Source: a virus (taxonomy: Duplodnaviria > Caudoviricetes). From it: DNA of 64,000 nucleotides. The stretch is from the IMG/VR virus record IMGVR_UViG_3300042463_000545, positions 7,768 to 71,767 of that record. One strand, 5' to 3'. Below, piece by piece: positions 46,081-58,000 of this stretch. The notes under the pieces were generated by a model. The model saw only the letters and a program-made list of their open reading frames with translations. It did no database searches and was not told the DNA's origin. Made by a program: the position numbers and the translations under genes. Every line of letters begins with the position of its first letter. The stretch's first letter is position 1.

Positions 46081-49000
46081 TGGAAGAAGAATTAGGAGTA
46101 TTTGGACAAAATAGTTCGTCAAATCAAAACCCTTCAACACAATTACCTTCTCAGAATCAAAGATCAATTATTGATACTTTCAATACATTGATGAATCAAG
46201 GTGCCCCAAAGTTAGGGCAAGGTAATAATACATTTACATACACTCCAGCTGCTGGACTTGATTCTTCAGGTAGATATGATAAAGTTTATCCAGGAATGGA
46301 TAACGAAGATCTTTATGCCACATACCAAGGAACCGCTGAAAAACTTGGCAATGGTGTTGCTAAGTTTGTTGGTATTGCTGGTTCGACATTTATAAATGGT
46401 ACAGCTGGTTTAGTTTATGGTGCTTTTGATTGGGCAAGAACTGGCAAGTTCTCCTCTATGTTTGATAATGATCTTACTAAACAACTGAATGATTTCAATA
46501 ATGAATATCTAGAAACAACATTTGCTAACTATAAAACACAGAGAGAAACAAATGGTGACTGGTGGGAACCAGAAAATCTTCTTACAGCTAACTTCTTAGC
46601 TGATAATATTATTAAAAATCTTGGATTTGCAGTAGGTGCTTATGCCAGTGGTTTCGCATGGTCTGGTGCCTTCAAAGCAATTGGTTTGACATCTAGACTT
46701 GTTGGACAAGGAAGAAATATGGCAGCGTCTGCTGATGCTGCTGTAGGTTCAGCTAATGCTCTTCCACAGGCACAAAGACTATCAACTATAACCAATGCAC
46801 TAAATAAATTAGGAGCATCTTCTAAAGTTGCTACTGGTAGAGCATTGATGGGAGCTGAAAGAGGTATTGTAGCAACCTTTGGTGCTGCTGGCGAAGCTGG
46901 TATAGAAGCTCTTAATGCTTCCCAAGAATTCAGACAATCATTGATTGATAAATACACTGCTGAGAATGGATATTTACCACAAGGAGATGATCTAGCTAAT
47001 ATTAATGATCTTGCAGAAAGAGCTGGTAAAACAGTGTATGGATTGAACATTGGATTACTATCAGCTTCTAACTTTATACAACTTCCTAAAATATTCTCTT
47101 CTACATTTAGAGGGGAAAAGAATATTGTTAACAATGTAATGTTTAAAGATGGGAAGTATCTTTCAGCACTTCCTGAAAAAGGATTAGCCAAAACTTTTTA
47201 TAAAGCTAGAAGCATTGCTGGATTAGCATTCAATACAACTGAAGCACTCGAAGAGGCTTCACAATATGCTGCACAAGTTGGTACACAGAACTATTTCTCA
47301 AAGCTTGATGAGACAGGAAGTGCTTCTATTCTAAATGATCTATTCTTTGATGGTGCTAAAGAGGCATTGACTAGTGACGAAGGTTTACTTAACCTATTCA
47401 TTGGTGGTGTATCTGGAGCTATCATGACATCTGGAATACCAACACTTGGTATGACTGGTGATATTAGAGAGAGAGGATTTACTGGATATGGTGGTCAGCA
47501 AGCAAAGCTTAGAGATGAAGCTATCACTATATTCAATAGCTCCCTGATTAAAGATAAACTTAAGGATTCTTCAAAAGTTATAAATGCTGCTGAAGCAATT
47601 CAACAAGAGAGAGCACAGAAGATTATACAAGGAGATGTATCAGGATCAAAAGATCTTGAGTTTGATTTTCTTTTTGGCACAATATTAAATCGTGCCAAGT
47701 ACACATCTACAGAATTTGTAAATCTTGAGCTTGAAGAACTTAGATCTGTTGCTAATACAGAAGAAGGATTTTTGCAATTACAGCAAGAGGGATATGCGTA
47801 TCAAACTGATACTAGACAATCATTCTTGAATAGACTTCAAACTATTGAAAACCAAGCTAATTATATTGATAAAGCCTATCAAGATATTAGCCTAAAGTAC
47901 AAAGGTGTTGTTGATAACAAGGGTGATCGTGTTTATAGCGATGTTGTAATTGACAAACTCACTTATGCTGCTTCTAAAGTATTTGATTATGATAGTAGAA
48001 TACCTAGCCTAAATAACAAGTTAATATCTGCTGGTGTAAATACTGCTGAGCTATTCAATGATGTATTGTTGAATGGAACTCCTAAAGAGGAGGCTGTTGA
48101 AAAAGCTCTATCAGAAATCAAATCAAAAGGTTCAATCAATGAGGATGAGTTAACTCAAGATCTGTTTGAGCTTGTTGAAATGGGTATGAAGAGAAAGAAG
48201 TTTCTTGATGAATATTCTGAGATGAAATCTACTCCTGAGAAATTCACTCCAAAAGAAAAGGAACCTGAAACAGTTATTCCTCAAGAAGAAGTTGGTAAGA
48301 CAGTTAAAATCAAAACCAAGGATGGTGAGAAAAATTTTAAAATAGGTGAGGAGTACTTTCTAGGTAAAGTTGTAAAGTATGATCCAAAAGGAAATGAAAT
48401 TTATCGTTTTCCAAAACTTACTATTCTTGGACAAAATCCAGATGGTACCATTAAAATAAGAGATAACAAAGGAGAAAGAGATATTGATGCTGAAGAATTA
48501 CAGGATTACAAATTAGGAAGAGTTTCAGCAGTTGCCAATAATCCCATAGCTGCATTCTTCATGAAGAATGCTAATACCGTTGTAGAATGGAACATGGGTA
48601 AAGATAAGGGTGGTGTTAAGAAAGGAAGACTTGAGTTTGATAGTGATAAAAATCAACTCATGTTTACTTATGTCACCAAGGGTAAGAAAGGTAAATCAGT
48701 TGTAAAATCAATACCAGTTGATTTAAAATCATTCGAACCAAAACCTGGATTTAAAACAGCAATGTTCTCTCTTGGTAGACAATTAACCACTGAAGAGAAA
48801 GAGCAAATTAAGCAATCTAAAGATGCAAAGAAAGATGCAGCTCCTTCACAATTCTATGCACAAGTTATAAATGATTACCACAATGAGGTTATTGAGAAAC
48901 AAGCTGAGTTAGAAAAAACAATTAAGCAGAAGAGAGCTGATGTTATAACTATTGAAGAAGAGCTTGAAAAAATCAATAAGATTATTCAACAAGGTGGAGA

Positions 49001-52000
49001 TGATGCTAGAGCTAAGAAGGGTACAAGACTAAAGTCTTCTGTAAGAAAAGCTCTTGATGCAGCAATGCGTTTGTCAAGAGCTAAGGAAGATCTATTGCAA
49101 GAAATTGCTGAACTAGAATCTCAGAAAGAAGATGGTGAGTTACTTCTTGCATACTTGCAGGATGCAGTTCAAAACATTTCAGAATTTACTGAAGGCCAAC
49201 AATCTACTATTGATCAATTAGAGTTTGAGACAGAACTTCTAAAAGAATCAATAGAGGAGAATGGTAAACAAATTAATGCAATCACAAGACTTGCAGATGA
49301 GATTGATAATACAATTGATTCTGCTATAAAATTCTTGAGAAGTGTAATTGATGAGTTTGAAAAAAACTATCCAAAGGCTCCTACAATCATGGGAGTGGAG
49401 TTCAATGAATTCCTGAAAGCTAATCCAAACTTCTTAAAACTAAAACCAAATTTCATTTCAGACTTGCGTGAGTTAGAAAGACTCATTGCTGAAGTGGAGG
49501 ATATGGAAATTGCTGTAAATGAAGAGAAGTTAAATAAGGTTCTAGATGATATAAAATCATTAAAAGAATCTCTTCAGACAGAAGTGAATGAGCTAAGATT
49601 CAAGGAAGAACTTCTTTCAAAAATGAAGAAGGCTTACCAAGATTATCAATCTAACATTCTTGAAGAAGAAAAACTTGCTAAGGGTGATGCTCTAAGAAAA
49701 CAAATCTTAGGCACTGCTGATAATGATAATCCAGTTCCTGTTGTGTTTGATAGGGAGTTTGAGGTTGATGCTAAGAAGCCTGTATCTATTATCCCTAGAG
49801 CTACAATACCAGTTGATAGAGGGAAGGATCATCAAAAGAGAGCTCAAAGATTTGGAATGAACTTCCAATCGTTTGGTGAAAATCAAAAGAAAAACATCAA
49901 AGGTGTCTACATCACTTCAAAGAACCAGGATCAATTGATTCCTGGATTGATGGACTTCTTGAGAACTGATGAGAATGGTATTAATGAAACAGTTGATGCA
50001 AACAAGATCATTGCTATGGTCATGGTTGATATGTCAACTGGCGAACCTGTATTGGTTAATGAGAGTGGATTACCTCTTACAGAAGAACAACTACAAGATC
50101 CTCTTAACAACTCCATCTACCAAGTATTTCCTTTAGAAGATCTTAAGTGGTCTGGAGACTACGGTGATAAGTCAATGTTTGCTGAGAGTGTTTCAGAGAA
50201 TGTAAGAAGTGAAGTTAGAAAGCAATATGCTCAATGGAGAAGTGAAGTTCTCAAGATAGAAGATCTTTCTGAAATCCATTCTATTGATGTATCATTTGGT
50301 TTTCCAAAAGTTAACCAAGATGCAGAAGGAAAGAAACTTTACGACACTAGAACAAGTGTTCAAGATGCTGGTCTAGTTACAGACTACGATATTGACAACT
50401 CTCCAATAATCACTGTTGCGACAAGTGATGAATCTATCATTAGAGGCATAAGTGTAACTAAGTCTGCTCCAGGTAGAGTGTTTCTTGATATGGGCAATGG
50501 ACTTGTTCCATTGAACAATAGACAACATACTAGAAAAGAAGCTGAGACAATATTTAACGCTATTCTACAGTTTTCAAAGAACGCTCTTGATAAGTCTAAG
50601 GGTGTTAATGATGATCAAAGTAAGACACTTTTATCATTCTTGAAATCTGTTGTGTATTGGGGAATACCAGTTAAAGAAGCTGGATTTAGTAGCGTCTTCT
50701 TCAGAGATGGGAAGTTGTACATGTCTGGAAAAGGGGCAGCCTTCCCATTCACACCATCAGGTCTTTTACAAAACAAGGAGGACATCATTGCTACATTACA
50801 AGGAATGTATCACAATGTAAATGGTAAATATGCTAGAGAAGTTGGAATAGAATATGAGCAGATTACAAACATCTCTGAAGATGGTACAATTGAATCTGTT
50901 ACCTGGCCAAACTATCAATCCTATTTACTTTCTACAACCACTCCTGATGGTAAGCAAAGATCTGGAGAACAACTTCCTCTTTCTACCTACATGCGTCCTC
51001 TAGAAGGACCAAGTGATGTAAACAGATCTGGAATCTACTTCTACACTACAGACACTGAGGATGCTTACATTATTCCAGAAGCAAAGAAAGAAACTAAGCT
51101 TGCACCAGTAGCAACTGAAAGTGCTGAGCCTACATTAATTCTTGATGGTGAAACACCAAATCAATTAAGATCATCTAAGACAAATAGAATTATTGTTTTC
51201 GCAGCACCTTCTGTAAATCCAACATTAGAAAATATAAAAATATATAAGTCTGATGACTTAGCTGCTGTCATGGTAGATTTTGAAAAAGAAGGTAAAGATC
51301 CAAAAGTTGCTATTAAGGAAATGGTTCTTAAGGTTGTTCAAAGACAAATTCAATCACAAACACCAAGTCCTAAAACTGAGAAAACCAGAGAAAGATTATT
51401 TGGAAAACAAGCAGCTAGCACTCCTGCTACTAAAGAGGCTGAACAACCTAAAGAATCTAAGACTGAAGGAACTAGAGCTCGTTTATTTGGCAACCAACCA
51501 CCTATTATTGAAGAAGAAGAAAGTGACGAATCTGCTGATGATATTTTAAATAAATTTAACCCTAATCCAAAGAACGATAAGGCTGACTACAGAGAAGTAG
51601 TTGAGAAGCAGGCCAAGTCTATGAAGATTGAGGACTGGAATGAAATAGAAGCTTTCTGGAAAAAAGCTATTCCTGGTGTTCCATTATATAGACTTAAGAA
51701 TTTAATTCAAGCTACTAATGGTGCTCAAGCTTGGGGCATGTTGAAGAATGGTGCAATCTATGTATATGAAAATGCAGAGGTGGGTACATTCTACCACGAA
51801 GTTTTTGAAGCTGTATGGAAGATGTTCACTGACCCAGCTGAGCAACAATCTATTATTAAGGAGTTCAAATCTAGAACAGGAACATTTGTTGATAGACCTA
51901 CTGGTGAGACAGTTAAATATTCAGAAGCCACACCTCAGCAAATCAAAGAACAACTTGCTGAAGAGTTTAGAGACTATGTACTATTCAATAAGGTGCCTAC

Positions 52001-55000
52001 GAAACCAAAGGATGGAAGACCTTTTATAGTTAGACTATTCTCTGATATTGTTAATGTCATCAAGAAATTCTTTACAGGTAAAGATGCAACTATCAACACT
52101 GAAGAACTATTCAAAAGAATAGGCACTGGCTACTATGCTAAGTCTATTCCTTCAACAGGAGTACTTGAGAACGTGCCTACTCAGATAGTAGACATTGAAG
52201 ATGCATTTGCTACAGAAGAAGATGAGTTGAGAATTACAATTCCTTATAAGCAACAGAATGAGTTAATTCAACACATGGCTTATAAAACCTTGTCTCTTCT
52301 TGGAAACACTGATCAGAGCTTGTTTAATGTTAACAAACTTTCTAAAAATTATTTGTACAATGAATTGCGTAACACAATTCTAGGACAACTTGATGAAGAT
52401 GGAAATCATCTTAGAGATGAGCAAGGTGTGGTAATTCAGAATGGACTTATAAATGATTTACGAGTAGCAAATGCTAATAATGAAAAAGCAGGTAAGATAT
52501 CAAACCTTGAATATAAAACACTTAATAAGTTTTTAAAACAAACTAATATAAAAGTAGCTGAGGAATGGGATGAGCTCTTCAAAAAGTATGAAGAGTACAT
52601 GGCACAGTATCAAATTGAATTTGATGAGAATGAGGAGTTTGAAATCCGTGATGAAGAAAAGACCAGAGAAATCAGTCCAGATGCAACAAAGATTGATGCA
52701 TTTAGAAAAGCAAACTCAGCAATAAAACTATTGCTTGCAACACTTCCTAGAACAACAGGGAAGAAGAATGTTGATGGTACTGATGAAGCAATGGTTACAT
52801 CTGTTGGTGGAAATGAATTGCTACCTCTTAGTCAGACATTCATTACTGTAATGAATAAACTTCATGCATCTAGAGATGTGAATGAGATGATGGAAAATCT
52901 CAAACAACTTGCTATAGAGGATGGAAACTATTCTAGATTATATGAAAGACTTGCTAAGAAGAAAGCAAGCGATGGTAATTTTGAATTTAAAAAATTAACC
53001 AATCCTCATAGCATTCAATTGCTATCCTCTTTCTTCAGTACATTTAAAAAACAAAATCCAGGAGTTAAGAACGTATTCATTCTTGAGAATGGAGACGTAG
53101 TTGTTGGTGATGCAAACTTGTCACAAGCTTCTGCACAGATTGCAAATGATTATGAGAATGGAATCATAATGTCTGCAAGAGATGGTAAAGGATATCTTGA
53201 ATATAGTGTTGCAGAAAAAGCTTATGTTGCAAAAGATTCTATTAACAAACTAAAATTCGATTCTTCAAACATTGCAGATAATGACAATGCAATGTTAAGA
53301 TTCCTGAATGACATTGGTGTTGAGTTTGATAAGAACAATTTCAAAAAACTTAACAATAATGACAAGACTAAATTTAGAGAAATTGTAAAAGGTATTAGAG
53401 ACAGTCTTGTTAAGAACAAAGTTTTAATGACCCTTTCTAAGAAGACACTTAGTATTCAAGGAAGACTTACAGAACTTGCTATTTTAAAAATAAAATCTTC
53501 CAACCCAGAGATTGAAAGCACATACTTTAACATTTCAAATGAGCGTACACAGTCTTACATTGGCGTAAATCCACTAAGCGACTTACGAGATTTTATATCT
53601 TCTGTGGAAAATCTCAGTGATAATAGCGTTAAAGAAAGTCATTACAAATACCTTGTAATGGATCCTTTTGTAAAAGGTTCTTCTGTAATATTAAATAAGC
53701 TATTTCCAAAGGGAGGACAGAAGACTTCTCCATCAAATCCTAATTATGATTTATTGACAGTCGAATATGTTGGAGGTACTAAGAATGATATCAACGGTAA
53801 GCAAAAACCTTCTGCTAGACTAAACTATCCAGAACGTCTGACACAAGAAATTAATCTTAACCTAGATGGATATTATTTAAACCTTGTTCCTGGAGATGCT
53901 TCTATTGAATGGATGATTAAGATGGGTAACCATGTATCATCTAAAAACATGAGCATGGGTTATGGGAAGGTGATGGAAATATTCAAAGAGTATTTCAAAG
54001 CTGAATACGAACTTGCTAAGTCTCCAGATAGAGTTGTTGATGGATCTAGAGAGTCTGAGAGAAACAATCTTAGATTCTTCTATGATATCTTAGGTAAGGA
54101 CCTACACAATGAAATTATGGCCTTTAAAGAGGTTGATGCAGATGCTGTATATAACAAGTTTGAAAAGAAAATTGAAACTGCTGTAAAGAAGTATATTGAA
54201 TCTAGAACAGAAGCATTTAGAAATACATTAAGTAAGTATGGTATTCTTCAATACGATGGTGCATCGTTCACTCTAAAGAATATCAAAACTAGTGAAGATG
54301 GAATGTATTCATTGAGCAAATCAATGAATGAGCAGACATTGAACAACAACTTGTCAGCACTCACTGTCAACTACATGATTGCTAACATTGAGTTGCACAA
54401 GCTTATATATTCTGATCCATATCAATACAAGGATGAACTTAAGCGTATTAAAAGCTTTAGCTCTCCAAGACAAGCTATTATGTCTGATCCAGATAACTTA
54501 ACTGTTGGATTTAATATAAATGCAGCAATGCAAAATGTATTGAATGCAGGATTTAAAAAAGGAGATGTTGGATATACAGACTTTAATAGAAACTATTTCA
54601 GAACAGTTACACATTCTGATGTAATTGGTATTGTGGATGTTCCTGGACAAGATTACGAATCATACAAAGAGACGGATGGTTCAGGCATAATTTCTATGAA
54701 GGCCCATAGAAACCTAAAGTTTAGAGCGGGTCAGTGGACAGAGACTAATGAACTTCAATATAGACACGATGTTGCCTATGAGGAGCTTGTTAAATCTGGA
54801 GCAGATCTAGATACAATTAATAAGTTTGAAGAAAACAATCCTGGTGATCAGAGCACTTACACTCCTGTAAAACCAATTGTTGCTGGAACTACTGACAATA
54901 AGCAAGGATATAATGAAGTTGTTCTTGACAAGTTTGCCCTTTATCCTCTATCATTTAGAATTATGCATAAGGTGAATTCAACATCTAATGCAATGAAGCT

Positions 55001-58000
55001 TTATGATAAAATGCAGAGAGAGGATATTGATTACATTGTATTTAATAGTGGTAGAAAGGTTGGAGCAAGAAATCCACATTCTACATACAACGCTGATGGG
55101 TCATTCAACAACACTCCTTACATAGATGATGAAAAGGGTCAGAATGTTATCAATGTCCCTTTCAAGATTATGGCCATACAGGCAGAAGTTCCTTCTAAGG
55201 AAAAAGCTCTTGTTACTAGAGGTTCTCAAATGACAAAGCTTTTGACAATGGACTTCATGGCTGCTGGTGTTCCTGTTGACTTCATGCCTAATGAAACAAA
55301 CTTCAATAAGAGATACCAAGCATGGAATGCTCTTGACGAAGCTGGTAAAGAAAAGTCTAAGCTTTACAAAGAAATAAAGAACAACAGAGAATTGCTACAA
55401 GCAATGACTGAGTTTGGTTACCAATCTCTATTGAAAAAGCTTGGTATTGTAGAGACAGAAGGAAAATATGAAATAACTGACTTCTCTGTTGCAGCTGATA
55501 CATTAAGAAAAGAGATGCTAAAGAGAGAAGTGAATGACAACGTGATTAAATCACTTGACTCATTCCTTGAAGGTAAAACTATTCTTGAAGCAACACCTGC
55601 ATATCAGCAAGTGAGAAACATTCTATATTCTATTGTTGATAGTAATGTGGTTTCTCCAAAAATATCTGGAGGAATGAAGGTACAGATTCCTTCCACACTA
55701 CTAGAATCAAATAAGATAGGAGTGCAGGAAATCAATGGTAAGAAAGGATTTGTTTCTGACACACTGAAGTTCTATGAGAAGGATGGAGAACGTGTAGCTG
55801 AAGTGATGATTGGTAGATGGTTTGATAGCCCTCTCTCTGATGAAGAGCTCATGAACTATTTTAACAATACAAAAGAGGGTCAGAAACAACTATCTGCTCT
55901 ATTTGGTGTTGCATTCCGTATCCCTACACAAAACCAAAACTCAATTGATGCAGTCAAGATTGCTAAGTTCTTACCAAAAGAATTTCGTGATTCTGTAGTT
56001 ATCCCTTCTGCACTTGTAGCTAAGGTTGGATCTGACTTTGACATTGATAAACTTTCAATGTATTTGAAAAATGTTTATCTAGACATAGATGGTAACATTA
56101 AACTTGTTCCATTTGAAGGTTATGGTCAACAGGCTATTGATAAGTTTAAAGACCTATCAAGAAGAATTACTGAAGCGGAGATTACAATCAAAGAAGAAAA
56201 GATTGCTAAACAATCTAACCTCCAAAGAATATTTGGAGATATTGCTATAGGCAATGCTTCAGATAAACTTACTGAAAAATGGATTCCTATATTCAGACAA
56301 TGGTTTGCTAATGATCTTGTTAATAATCAACTACCTGTTCAATTGATTGAAGAAATTTTTATCAAAAGAATTGAGGACTTAAATAAAAAAGTTGAAGAAC
56401 TTACGACAAAAGATTTGAGTGAGTTATTCATACAAGAACATGCTGAGAGACTGTACAAAGCATCTCTAGAAAATGCTTACATCGAATCATCTGAGAATCT
56501 AATTAAGAGTGACGAGAACTACGATAAGTTAATGACTCCAAACTCTGCTGATCAAATGAAAGCATTGTCTGAAGAGATTGCTAAGAAAACTGTAGGTGGT
56601 TCTTACAACTATAGAAACGTAGGTAACATGTTGGATAGAAACTTCATGTCATCACTACGTCACGCATTTGTAACTGGTAAATATGCAATTGGTATTGCAG
56701 CTGTTAATCAAACAAACCACTCACTCATGCAGAGATTTGCATCATTTGTAGATCCTGCTAGACTGGAGAATGTATCTCCAGTAGATGCAAAATGGCTTGG
56801 TGATGCAAAGGTGAAGTTCCAAAACTTCAATCAGTTTGATGGTAAGGCTACAATGTCAATGATTAAGAATGCTGATGGTCAGTTTATTTCTGACATCATT
56901 GGTCAATTCATTGATGGTTACGTAGACATTTCAAATGGACCTTGGATTATGGAACTTGGTGCTACACCAAACGTAGCGTCTACATGGTTGTTCTTGGTTA
57001 AGATAGGTGTACCTATTGACACTGTATCTTATTTCATGAACCAACCAATCATTCGTCAATACCTAGGAACTATTGAGAACGCTGGTTACTCTTGGTTATT
57101 CATAGATGATTTTGCATCAATTGCTATGGATAGCTTTGATCCAAAAGCAAAAATGGCTCCTAGAGATATAATACCAAACACTGCTTCTCTAAGAAGTATG
57201 GTTGGTAAGAGTGTAGAAGATCTTTCGCCAAATGAGAAAGCTGATCAACAATTTATTCTTGGTGAGTTCTTGAAGTATGCTAAGATGGCAGAACACATGT
57301 TCCTTGTTACGCAGGGCACAAACTATGACACATCTAACTTCAATGACCCATATCTACTATTTAAAAAACATGAACAGCTTGTTAGAGCTCGACAAACTAT
57401 AATCAGCTCTGTAGATGAGATATTGGATAATTCATTCATTGGAACAACAGCTGAAACGTTGAACAAAACAAGAGATGGCGTAGCTGAGATTCTTGCTTCT
57501 GATAAAAGCAAAGTGAGAAATGTTATACAAAGAGTTTTGAAACCATACGTTGATCTAAATGATCGTGACTTTGTTAAACTAGCACAGAAAGCCGTAGCTG
57601 ATTTATTTGACTACGCTGTACAAACAAATACAGCATTCAAAGACAGAGTGTTTCAAACAATGATTTCTGATGGTGGATATGCTAATGACATCATGCAAAT
57701 GATTAAGGAGATTAAAGCAAATCCTAATCACCCATTGTTTGACAATCATGTTGTTAACATAATTGTACCACAGCTTGCACCAGAAGCTTCTCCAGAAAGT
57801 GCTAACAACATTAAGATTAAAGGAGCAACAAATAAAATATACGATCAGAATAGCATCATATACAGCTTCAGAGAACTTAAAGAATATCTTGAGAGTACAG
57901 GAGATATAGCCAAATACAACAAGTTCAAGACTTTGGCCTTGTATCAGTCTGGACTTTCTGTAAACAGACTATCATTTACATCACTTCTTCCTTTTGAAGA